The notes beneath the pieces were generated by a model. The model saw nothing but the letters and a program-made list of their open reading frames with translations, did no database searches and was not told where the DNA came from. Source: Phoronis australis (lineage: Eukaryota > Animalia > Phoronida). From it: a stretch of DNA of 64,000 nt. Position numbers and translations under genes: made by a program. The stretch spans positions 62,001 through 126,000 of the forward strand of contig NMRA01000588.1 of assembly GCA_002633005.1 (NCBI GenBank), read 5' to 3'. Below, in pieces: positions 1 through 12,500 of the stretch. How positions within the stretch are numbered: the stretch's first letter is position 1; every line of letters starts with the position of its first letter.

Positions 1-5
1 ATAAT

Positions 6-88
6 CATGGGCGGTGCACCATAAGGGGCTGGGGGGAGGAGGGGGGGGGGGTGCCATAGAGCCCCATTTGAGTGCTCGGCCGCCCATG
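6..88. mobile_element. Short GC-rich MITE, 5-bp TSD (ATAAT)
   Basis: TIR CATGGGCGG...CCGCCCATG flanked by ATAAT on both sides. A related copy lies at ~37557-37632. Confidence 0.7.
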
Positions 89-1529
89 ATAATCTCTCTT
101 TAAGGTTATAAACATGATTCATGACGAATGAATACATTTACCATTCTAAAATATAAATGAAAAGCCCTATGTATATGCACGAATTTATCTCGAAGTCCCT
201 TGATAAATTTAAAAGTGGTTTAAGTTTTTGTGATAAGTCTAATTTCAATCAAAAGAGGACTTCATAGAAATACGCTAAGCATAATGGTGTTTAGTGATTT
301 ATACATTCAAAGTAATCCCATTTCGCGGTGTATATCTTCATTTTTTATGTAATTTCTTCTTCACATACGATGCCACTGACGAACCTCGTAAGATTGCGAC
401 GATGTGAAATAAAAAGTGTCCTTTAATTTGCAAAAAGTGCCAGACAGTAACCGACATGAATAATCGATGCGTGTCCTGTAGTGTAGGCTCAGTGGTAGTG
501 TGACGAATGTAACATTCGTTCACTTGCAAGTTCTTTCACTTTTACACTTGCAATCTGTCTATTGGCACAACTGTAAACATGTTGGGTAGCATTTTCTTAA
601 AGTAAAAGGACACGAACAGTTTTAAGGCCGAAAAAACGTTTTAGAGGTTATTTTTAGAGGGATTGAATTTTTATAAGCTTTCACTATCAGAGCAACGAAA
701 CAGTAAAATCAGTTGTTTTTTGCGACTTCAATGAAAATCCCCGATTCCCTCAAACGCTTCCCGACAGTCAAAGTCAAGTGATACATGTATCTCATCACCT
801 GTTTCGTTGCTAGCCGCCGTGAAAATGGCCAACGCCGAGAGCAGATGTATCCTGATCAAAACCAGTGTAAAGGAAGCCAAGGACTAATCTTCTAAATGTT
901 AAAGAGGCAAGGAGCCGGCGAAGTATTGGAGGAGTACTTTCGAATATGTATTAATTGGGAACGAAATCGAGCGGTAGACTTCCACGCGAGATAAGTTGAA
1001 CATTTGCAGTCGACATGCCGAGATTACTCGTGGATGCATTGAATTTGCGTTCGACTCCTGAGTTCCAGATATTATAGCTTTGGATGGACATTCTTTCTTA
1101 CTTTTCGCTGGTTTTAATTGTAAGTGTGAACTTGTTTTTAACACGTTATAGTGTTTGAAGTCTTAACCGATTGAATCGCTTGCTCAGTTTTAATTAAACA
1201 CGTTCGTGTGATATCGGCGAGTTGGCCTTACAAACTCGCTTTTGCGAAATGGCCAAATTCACTTTGAAAACCCAACGATATGATAATTATAACTGCTATT
1301 ATATATTGGAGGGAGTTTCTATTACCAGAGTAGTGTTATGCTGAACATCATGCTTGGTTTCAATAAATGTATGCCTGCAAAGTGATCTTGCGAGTTACGA
1401 CGGTAAAAAGGACACATTATTATTTGTCGAAGTTTATTGGCCTCGCTAACTATTGCAAAAAAAAACACCCCCGCTCAGGCAGGAAATCGAGGTTTTCTTG
1501 ATGGAAAAGCTCCGAAAAAATGTCGAAGT

Positions 1530-1860
1530 GTTGCCAGATATAAAGTCATTTATAAATATAGAAAATAAGGTTGGCAACAGAGGTCCACCACTCCACCCTA
1601 CTGGACCCATCACACCAAGCCCTATAGTTTCCACCTGTCTGTTGACCGCGCAAATCCTTGACAGTAGAGCAAAATTTTCCAACAATTCCCACCTGAATCA
1701 ACTTATATAACAACAGTTTTCTACTTAAACTATCAAATGCGTTTTGCATATCACAAAGGTTGCATATACTGTTATTTAAGATATTTTGAATAACTGAAGT
1801 TAAAGTGGAAACAGAGCAGGGCCAATCACTTCGGAACCCATTTTGTTCCTCAACTAATTG
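1530..1860 (-). pseudogene. Degenerate non-LTR (LINE) reverse transcriptase fragment
   Basis: Motifs EEQNGFR, D...AFDS.SRKLL.YKL...GI.GK and a frameshifted GV..G..L.PTLFSIFIND correspond to RT domains 2-4. Confidence 0.8.
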
Positions 1861-2545
1861 ACCTATCGCAAGCTCCGCCCCTATGCGAAAAGTCACGTGA
1901 TACCCGACATTCGAACGAGATGTCAGAGGCAAATACACTGTCGCTAAACGACGTACCTGGTGGAATCGATGAGTGTTTTTGCACTATTTGAAAACGCGTC
2001 GACAGAGACAAGAGCCGATGCTTTTCAACAGTGAATCGTACGTTCATGATATGGGAATTTGTAAAGGTGACGATGAAAAAATAAGTGCTCGAGGAGCCAG
2101 AGAAAATCCGAAGAACCCGTCGGCCTCGGGGCCACCTTCACCTGACAAATGACAAGGCCACTGATACGATATGTTCATGTAAAGCTGGGTATGTACCTTA
2201 AAGTCCAATTATCTGTACCAATCCATAGATTTCATGATCTTTTGAATAAAATCAGTGAAGATTCACCGATATTTATATTCTGTCGTCTGCTAAATTTCGC
2301 CAAATGAAAAGTAGGTCACAATTGGTGGGACTCCTGGAGTAAAGTACCCTCTGACACAGCGCCACTGTGATAGAGTGTAGGAGTAAAGTAGGTCATAGAT
2401 TACACAGACAACACATGCACTATATAGTCTCTGACTAGATCGACTCGATAGCTTTTCTATACACACTCATCTCGTCCTGGGCAAACAGTTAGCTCCGGTA
2501 GCCTAGGTCTAGGGCTGTGTCTAAGTAAAATTAATGTCTGGAATT

Positions 2546-2754
2546 CAGTGGCGGATCTAGGACACCACAGGGGGGCCCAACATATGTTGCCTCGTGGAAT
2601 TGGGCAAAGTGCGATTGTATGTACAGGCGGCCCGAAAGTTGCAGGGGCCAGGGATGTAGACCGTTGGACCTTCTGTTCAGAAAATCTATCGGTGGACTAA
2701 AAAAACAGGAACACGATTCCGCCGCGATCTGGGGTNCCAATAAATCCGCCTATG
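2546..2754. mobile_element. GC-rich MITE, 5-bp TSD (GAATT)
   Basis: Ends CAGTGGCGGATCTA...TAAATCCGCCTATG, TSD GAATT. Homologous in inverted orientation to 62296-62614. Contains an N at 2736. Confidence 0.75.
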
Positions 2755-4691
2755 GAATTTGCACCATTAAGACATTTAAATTAGGCCTACCTTCTTATGA
2801 ACTTGGCATTTTTTTGTAGTTTCATTCCATAAAGGTAGCTTTCATTTAATTTTGAATGTAGCATGATCACTAAGTCGTGGTATGGTTACAAAAGATTACA
2901 AGTGTGGTGTGGTACGCAAAAATAGGGTATTTACAAAAATAACTCAAATTCTTTTTTAAAGCTTCATAAATCTAAATATCATGTTTGAACAACTTCAAAA
3001 TGAGCTCTCTCTACTCTACAGACATAGTGTATACTAGAGCTACACGTCAAAAAGTAATTCAACAGTTTATTTTTAGTGACAACAGCTCGACCAAGGCTTT
3101 GAGTTCCGGCAGTAATCCAGTGCCCTTCCCTGTGTCGATCGAATCTCTGAATTTTGACAGGGAGAGAAGTTCAGTCGAACGCCAGCCTACGGTTTATGAA
3201 TAACAAAAATGTACCTCTGATACGAAACAAAATAATGTCCATTAGGTTGAAATAAATTTTAAAAAAACATAAAATAAAAATTTCATTGAAAACAACAATT
3301 TCCGGGGACTACCGCGAGAGTGCCGAGATCCAGCAGGTGCCGAGACAAAGGCGGCCAGACGTAGGAAACTCGTGAGTCAAAATCTGACGATAGCCCTGCA
3401 CCATAGCCACGAAGCTGGAAAGTTCGTATCTTGGAACTAATATATTTGTGTTTATTACAGCCTTCGAGTTATCAAGCAACATCGCTAAGTTCAGCTGCTC
3501 GAGTGGCCGTACAGTTTGATCAATAGTTTACGCTTTTCAACATCATTTTTTTTAGCTTAGGACATGCCAAAAAATGACGGGATATTATTCTGGAGCAGCA
3601 TAATGGCTGTCGGTGCTACACACACCATATCAACACCGTTTCCCCATTCTTAGCGGACAATTTCTTGAGCTATAGACTAAAGTAAGTTTTACTCGACTAC
3701 GTATAGTTTGTCGGGTAAAATGGCGGCTTGGAAACGCAGACGAAGGTGTGCCAAGAATGCTGGGTTCTGATTGGTCAATTAAGCCGTCCGTCATAATTCT
3801 GGCGATAGGTCAATTTGTTATTAAAATCCCAGAACTCCATAAGTCTGTTATTCAGAAGACAGCTATAAACCTTGCTGGTAGTTGAAAATAGGCGAATTGC
3901 CTTTGATTCAAATGCATACCTGAAGTACTGGAGCGATAATTGCCTTGTACCACATGGATGGAACTTTACATGAAGACGGAACCAAATTAAATAATTTAAC
4001 TAAAAGTTGAATCAGGTAGTTATTTTTCAAAATTTCACTCGCGATTCCTTCAATTCCGGCTGCTTTCTCCTCTTACTTTTAAATACAATATCTTCACCTC
4101 TGCACGATAAAATTCTTTTTCCAGGCAATCTTTGATAATTGATGGGCATTGATACTCTAGGTGAGAGACGAAATTCTCTGTATCAGACAAAAATTATTCA
4201 ACATCAATGACTCACTTCTCATTACGAGCTCTTACAAAAGGGTTATAAAGTTCAGAAATGTCTGCCCTATACCTCTCACCCGGAATATTATGTGGTAGTT
4301 TATTTTCCGCGTGTTTGTTGGGCACAAACTGTGCAATTCTTTCCAGAAGGTTTGCAGATCTTTTGTGCATGATTTCTCCAGCAAAGCTATACTTCTCAAC
4401 AAAATCAAAACAGATCTTTTTACACTGAGAATGAAATGTTTTACACTTGCTTTCATTCTTTTCCTTCAGGTATTTTTTCTTTCTCAGCCATTGAATTCCC
4501 CAAAAGCTGTAACTTGCCGTACCAAAATGGCTTTTTAGCCCTAAAACACTTTTTTGCTTTTTGCTAAAAAGTTCACTTGCATTTCAAAATCAATGAAACT
4601 TCGCTGTGAACCACACTGCATATTTTATCATCAGTGTAAGTCTGCAAATTCGCTGCATGATTAAATTGCTCAATAGAATCTATAATGCCTT

Positions 4692-5098
4692 TACGGTGGC
4701 TGTAAAAGGAAGGCACGGCAACTTTTTTATCCGTTGCTATCTCCATTATTAATTCTATCAATAGACTTTCTAACTCTATTGATAGACTTAGTAAGTCTAT
4801 CGATAGACACAGTAAGTCTATCGATAGAGATAGTAAGTCTATCGATAGAGATAGTAAATCTATCGATAGAGATAATAAGTCTATCGATAGAGATAGTAAG
4901 TCTATCGATAGAGTTATTAAGTCTATCGATAGAGATAGTAAGTCTATCGACAGAGATAGTAAGTCTATCGATAGAGTTATTAAGTCTATCGATAGAGATA
5001 GTAAGTCCATCGATAGAGATAGTAAGTCTTATCGACAGAGTTAGTAAATCTATCGACGGAGAAAAAAGTTGCCGTGGCGTCCTTTTGCAGCCACCGTA
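4692..5098. mobile_element. IS3EU-type non-autonomous element with internal 21-bp palindromic minisatellite
   Basis: ~43-bp imperfect TIR TACGGTGGCTG...CAGCCACCGTA and 6-bp TSD TGCCTT (4686-4691, 5099-5104). The interior holds ~13 copies of TCTATCGATAGAGATAGTAAG. TAYGG termini with a 6-bp TSD are the IS3EU signature. Confidence 0.75.
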
Positions 5099-8000
5099 TG
5101 CCTTGACTAAACTTGGCGTTATTCATTAAATTCCTGGGAGTAGTGCTGAGATCATATCACCTTATCAGTGAAACATCACATCATCTGACCTCATACCATT
5201 AGTTCTAATTCCAAATTCGTGTAAATGTGTTCAATTTTGCGACTTTTATTCGTTTTTCAATATCGCCGACTACGTTACTTAACAATAACTGTTACATTAC
5301 TTTGGTATTTGTTTTAGAACTCAACAAATTGTGAGTAGTCAGCTGTCGTTCAAACACGAATGTAGGCAGAAACTTTTGAATGAACTTGCTTGCGACCACT
5401 GTGTGATGTGTTTCATAAACGAAATCGGACAGAAATTTATTAATGAACTTGTTCTTGACCACGTTCTTCCTGTTCGTGTGTGGAACGTTTCGCTACAAAG
5501 TTATGCACAGAATATCGGTTATGCGTAGTAACATCAGAGAATTATTGAGTGCTATATTTCTCTTGTGGCATAATCAAGTCAATGTGTCAAGGATTGATCG
5601 CCATCGAATGCATCATCTGCCATTCATCCAGTTGTAGATTAAATTTTATGACTTCCTCTTTGGACAACAATACAACTCACGATAGTTCGCTTCTTCAGTT
5701 AAAGCCACTAAAACATAAAACTGAGATCGTGCCAAGAAATTAACCCATTTTCAAAAGGTTTTCAATAATTGATGTCTTAGAAATAGCTTTACAGTAATCC
5801 ATGTAAATTCAACATCTTTGCCAAAGGTGGATGCCCCCTGCTGAGGCGGCCGTAACGGAAGAACTTTGGATATGACTGAAGCTGTGACGTACATGTATCT
5901 TGTTAACAATGGCCACGGAGACATTTACTTCTACAGTACCGTAGAATGATGGAAAACGTGTCAAATATTGGAATCAATGAAAAATAAACCACTTTTATTA
6001 ATCTTGCTGAGCAATGTAAAATCTTGAAAACTAGACGCAAACTTTTGAGACATCCTCTACACTACATACCTGGCCTCTGCCTTCTGCTTAAAAGTCATTC
6101 TCTAGGCAATAGCCTCAGACCTATGTGCGCCACGAAAATTGCCATTTAAATGAACAATAAGTCTTTTGACGACCTGGCAAAATAGCTATAAAAGCCGCCG
6201 ACAAATTGAGGAAAAGACCCCGCAATTTAAGAAAAGAGCATTAAAATTATTAGCCCCAAGCGGGAAAAGTTTTTTCGACCTTTGGAAATTCAAGTTCATG
6301 AAGTTTAAATTGGACTGCGCTGTAAATGTCATCCAGCTCGTTTTTCTCCACGAAAAATTCGCCAAACATTTGGTGCCGTGTACACAGAGGTGACACGTAG
6401 CTAATGTTGTATAGTTGGCGTACTAAACCAATGGTGAGACACGAAACAATAGCTAATGTACAGACTACATCCACTAGGTAAGCCAACACTCACGCTGACC
6501 TGTCAATCACATAAAAACTAAAACTTTGACATTGCCCCCCCACCAAAAAAATGAGATTGAGATGCCAAGTCTTGAGATTTACAAAATCATTAATAAAACG
6601 AAGAACACAACTGGCGTTTTTCTTCTATTCATTTATTTATGTTTTCTGTTATAGTTCATACTCCATACTTCTTGAACAGATCTCAGTGCTGAGCCGTCAC
6701 TTCTGACGTTCCCATTCAAACACATATCCTGTGACGTCAAAGTGCACGAGAGGTTTCACGGAAAATCCCGCGAGTAGCTTACTGAAAACCGTGCTTACAG
6801 TGTATCAAGTAATTAAATGTCCGGAAAAGATTTATTCGCTAATTGCGTCAGATTTTTATCAATCCGTGAGATTTGGAGGTCAGGTCGGGAGAAGTAACCG
6901 AAAACCTGAATGTCACGACGAAGCCGAGCCCTGAGAGGGTTGACAAGTATGCATGCTCGTTATCTTACTTAGATCCCGTCATATTATCTCCACGTCTAAC
7001 CAAATGTGGTAGTTTCAGACGAAAAAGCACGGCATTATCTTGTAATATCGGGCGTCAAAAGTAGGCCTAATGTCAGTTAACTCACCACTTCTATTTTTGA
7101 CTGATAATTTTGGTTTCTTTTCTCCAGTTGCTGAACTATTTTTGATCGGACTCACGAAATGTCGTCGATTTCTACGAGACGTTGCTCGGCAGATCTGAAT
7201 GAATCGACTCGTGGTGGACGAGACGGTCTCTCCACCTGGTGACTGGTTTCGTCCATGGAGCGCGTCTTGCCATGGAACTCTCGTGAGAAGGCTATCAATT
7301 AAAATATGCCTGTTGAAAGTGGAAAATTGATCAGTGACTTTGAAACACTAATGAGGACAGAGTTATTGTCGTGTCGGTTTGAATTATTGAAAGTGGTTTC
7401 CGCTGAACCATTGATCTAAGTCATCGTTTTGTATCCACGCCTCGTTTCATCGCCGAGACAGGTCCAGGAAATGCGCCTGAACGTACATGTAAGCCCCACC
7501 TATTGAGTAATTGTAAAACTATAGATACATGAACTTTACCATAGGCCTACAGCCACAGAGAACACTGAACAAAAACACACACTTAAGAAATGAATTGAAA
7601 ACTGGTGCGTCCAAAAATTCCAAAAAAGTTTCAATTGAAAATAAAACAATCTTTGACCTAAAATTGACCATTGTTTTAAAAAAGAGGTATACAAATTCTT
7701 TCACTTGAGTTCCTCGAAATCTCAAAAAATTCTTACGATAGTCTTCTCCTATACTAAGACTGATCTTTGAGTTCTAGCTAAATACATAGACATAATTTTT
7801 ATTGCAATAAATTATTATGATTGGTTTCGTGTTTTAGATAGCTCACCCAGTCTGCTTTCTCGAAAAGACAGTTTCACATACGTTTCTGAAACCCGCGCTT
7901 CACTGTTTACATAAAAGAAGCCAGCAATTTCAGCAGGAGTTTAAACTTTTTTCACTGAAACCACACAAATGTACGCATGAAAGGATTTAAACGCCGCGGC

Positions 8001-8787
8001 TTGCCAAATAACGTCCATATGACTCACCACCCATTTCGACACGAGCACAGGAAATGATCACTGAAACTGATTTACCTCACCTTGGGCAGAATTTTCGAAA
8101 AAGCGCAAATACCTCACCACCGCATCAATCTTCAAAAATAGACCAGCACATTTGGTTTCAGTAATTTTATTTTAAAAGTAAAAACAACTGATTTTACTCC
8201 TTTATACTAATTAAAATTTGAAACTTGGAACATGGGAAAATGACTTTGTAATCTTAGTAAAAAAGTGCTACAGAATCACTTTTTATTATAGTGAAAATAA
8301 ATTGTCAAGGTATTTCAAAACGGGTGTTATACAAGTTCGGGCATGCGTAGATATGAAACACAACCAAGAGGAAGTTTTAGTCTACAAAAATACCTGATGT
8401 GTTGCGGATGGGTTAGACGCTCCCAGGGAGTACGATCTGACGGGAAAACTGAACCTTAAAGAGTTTATCATACATTTGTTAAAACTCCATTTCATCAGTG
8501 TTTGGCTGCCAAAAATAATTAATCCAATTTTAAGTAGCTTAAAAGGTCATAAAATCAGTCTCATAATTAGTGTGATAAGACGTGATTATTGCGCTACCAA
8601 CAAAAGAACATCGAAACAAGGAAAACTTCAGAGTTTACTGGGGTAGATAACCCTTAAATTGCGAAATCGAAATTTGCACCTGTGCGCATTGCCAGCATGG
8701 GACTTGAGTTGCGGGTCACTCGGGAACAACTCAAGATCTCAGAACGCGTCGGTTACAAATTCAATGATGCCAGCTAAACAGCGGCGA

Positions 8788-8930
8788 AATTCGGCCCCTT
8801 TAGCTGTCGTTATACAATTCGGCCCCTTTAGTTGTCGTTATACAATTCGGCCCCTTTAGTTGTCGTTATACAATTCGGCCCCTTTAGTTGTCGTTATACA
8901 ATTCGGCCCCTTTAGTTGTCGTTATACAAT
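8788..8930. repeat. Minisatellite, 28-bp unit x5
   Basis: AATTCGGCCCCTTTAG(C/T)TGTCGTTATAC in tandem, no spacers. Confidence 0.95.
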
Positions 8931-9542
8931 AACCTGGGAAACAACACTTTGTGAAAATAATACAAATTTATTTCTCAATAACCATTATCAAAGATAAAAC
9001 CAAATACATTGAAAAATCATAAAAATGTCCAGTTTGTGAAAACCGACGTAACCGTAATTGGGGTTCCTCATTTGTGAATCAAACACATGAGGTGCGTTCG
9101 TCAACATGCATTGTTCACTGAAAACGATGAGTGAAAGTTGGGAGCCACTAATATGTAAATTTGATGTACTACACTTAGACAAGTGTCAGCAAATGTACTG
9201 TCTAGATGGTGAATATCAGCAACACGTGGTGCCAAGACATCCATGCACAGAAAAGGATTACGTATTCTTTGCTCCTGTTTTACAAAATTCTTACTGCTTC
9301 CACGCGTACTCGAAAAAGGACACGGGGGGTGCAATCCCAAATTTCCTCTAAAAACGTATTTATCTGTGGAGCCCCTAACCGTGCATCTTAAAAATTAGGC
9401 ATAATATGCTTATTCCTTTATTTGTAAGCGTTTAGTTAGTTCACTAAAACAACAGTTGATATATATTTGCGTTTGATCACGCAGATTATTGGTTGTACAG
9501 CCTTGGACAGACTTCCAGATACAGTATCCACTTTGTCCCGTT

Positions 9543-12500
9543 TTAAGAGGTCTTTATTGATATCTTCATGGACACTGTCTTTACCTCCGTATACTCATGA
9601 AGTCCGTCTTCGCCCCTAAACAGAAAGTGGTATTTTTGTCATCAACTATTCAGTATTAAGTATGCTGAGTTTCTGAGATTGTAATCCAATTATTTCCCTG
9701 CCGCAGGCTCTAGGAAACTGTCCATGGAGCTGCCTTTTCTCCTATCTCCGCCAATGCACCTCTGTCGAAACAACTGAGGTGCAGACGACACTTCATTGAA
9801 AATAATGTCGTTTACTTACAATATGCAGTTGGTCTTCAACTATTAAGCTTACAAGTGTGTATGATACAGTTCCAAGTACACGTAGCTACTATGACGTAGT
9901 TATTACAGTTCCATGTACACGTAGCTATTATGAGGGAGAGCACGAAATGAGGCACAGACGAAGATGTTTCAAGGTTGAAGATGACACTTTCCCAAGAGTC
10001 AATGCTCTGGGATGCGCATGCACACCTTTTGGAATCAGTAAAAAGGTCAATGGTCCTCAAATAACGAACAACTTTCCTTTAAAGCAGTCCCGGGTAACCA
10101 TTAGAAGAATACTATAAATATTTTCATAAACTTTTCAAAGCATTATAAACACGATTAAAATAGAAATTAATTGATGATCATTTTGTCAAAACATTTTGTA
10201 ACATTTTCTGACCATGGGTTTCTTGGGGATCCTATATTATAAGAAACAGGTTGCTTTTTCGGAGCTATCTCCTATACATGTATGTCTGGGCCGCATAGAA
10301 ACTTTAAGCTGCCTCCCGGACGCCAAGAGTTTCACCCCCTTGGTCCCCACTCTGTCCTGCCTCTGGTTTGTTACCTTAGTAGATCATTTGGAAATGGCAA
10401 TTGTCATTTAAAAAATCGGCGTATGCGTCCTCAGTGATTTTTAACAAAGTATTACTTACAGCTCTCTTCCAATGCCGGACTCTTTATAGCCTCCAAATGG
10501 ACTTTGTGACTTGATGTCACCCCACGTGTTCACCCTAGAAGTAGGAAAGTTACAAATACGGTTCCGCAATTATGAGAACAATCAAAAACATCCTTTTCTG
10601 TGACAAGTATATAGAGCAAATTATCTACTGACTTAGATACATCTTCAGTAGTGAAACACAAGAAAGGGCCTCACACACGTGCAAACTTGTCACTTCTCCG
10701 AGTCCAGTGTATGTGACCTATAAAGACAATACTGACCAATGAAACTTTATCATAAAAAGACAACGATTAATTATTTTTAAACGGTAATTTTACGGCATGT
10801 TGATATGATGCTGACTAAAAAAGCACGTATTAGACAGTATAAGTGAGAGCCTATTGGATGACCATGCGCGATTTGTGGGTGAAACTCGAAGATTCCTAAA
10901 ACGAGTATGAAGATGGATAGTGATAGCGTTCAGAGGACTGCATTTTGACTGATACGTACTCTATTGAATGATGTAGTTTAACAGTCAAAATTTTCCGTGT
11001 TATTGTGACGTAACAGGAAATCAGGCGACAAAGTTCCCGAGCGCGTTCGATGTTGATGGTTATATCAAGCACGTTCGATGTTGATGGTTATACCAAGCAC
11101 GTTCGATGTTGATGGTTATACCAAGCACGTTCGATGTTGATGGTTATACCAAGCACGTTCGATGTTGATGGTTATACCAAGCACGTTCGATGTTGATGGT
11201 TATACCAAGCACGTTCGATGTTGATGGTTATACAAATTACAGTAAATAAATGATTGTAATTCATCTCGAAATTTATTGAAAACAAACTTCAACATCGATT
11301 GACATCAAACTGACATCAGTATAGTCGCCCAAGTAGAAGTTTAATGACACCATTGGTAAATGTTCACATTAACTTGGCGTGCATTCCACAAATGACGTAC
11401 GACGAAAATAGCTAAAACTCGTATTCGATGACAAAATTGGGCATATCATTGGTCGCAATCGCAATCTGTCTGAGTTCAAAGCTTTGGAATAATGTAGGAA
11501 TAAAATCTCACCAGACGGTGCCAGCCTCCAACGCGTGCGATACGACAACAGCTTTATCCGAATCACTCGTAAATACGCCAGCAGCAAGTCCGTAAGGAGT
11601 GTCATTTGCGCGTTCGATGACTTCTTCCATTGTTTTGAACTTAAAGATCTGCATGCACGGTCCAAAAATCTGAAACACATTCGTACTGAGTGACCAATTC
11701 ACTAATTTTTGATAATTTTCCGTTCATTTACAGGTTTTTTTACTGTAGAAAGATTTTATTTTAAAAAAGTTATCTGGAAGTAAAATAGTAAAGTGCTGCA
11801 CTACAAATATAGCATCAACTTACTTCATCTGTAGCGATTGTCATGTTGTCCTTGCAGTCGGAGAAGACTGTTGGCTGTATGAAGTAACCCTTGTTTCCTT
11901 CACGACAACCGCCACATTGCAGGCGAGCGCCTTCTTTTTTGCCAGTTTCAATAAGTTTCAGAATTCGATGGAACTGCTCTTCATCGACCTTGTAATAATT
12001 TTAATAAAACGAAAGAATTTAAATGCGCATAATTATCCAAAATTGATAGGAGACTGAACACGCGGGTTACAGTCTACATTTTACGATGACTGTCCGCGTA
12101 ACAAAAGAAACACGGCAGGAACTTCTTTCGACTTAACACAATCTATCTTGCTTCCCGTTCAGTAACGCTAGAACCTCGCTAAAAGCAAGACTTCGCGGGA
12201 TTACGTGAGATATTGTCGTGTATTTTGAATGAGAACACGTGACTTTCGTTAGATTTTAGCTAGGTCCTAGCTTAGCGGGTCCTTGCGTTACGGAACGCAC
12301 GCCTGATCTATAGAATCGTGTATTATTCCATGCCTTTTAGCAGTTGTTTCTGTCGAAGGCTTTACAGAAAACTGCCCAACCACGTTTAATCACATCAAAT
12401 TCGTATTCAGAACGTCCGCGGGGCCCGTCCAGACAGAAAGGTGGAGACGGACAATTTTGATAAAAAGCATGCCTCGAATTCAACACCATCCATGTAATTC

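Noticed and set aside
4573-5129. 145-aa and 131-aa leucine-zipper-like ORFs on both strands
   Set aside because: They are translations of the 21-bp palindromic minisatellite inside a MITE.
8788-11234. 28-bp repeat arrays as CRISPR arrays
   Set aside because: The units are directly adjacent with no unique spacers, there are no cas genes, and the context is eukaryotic.
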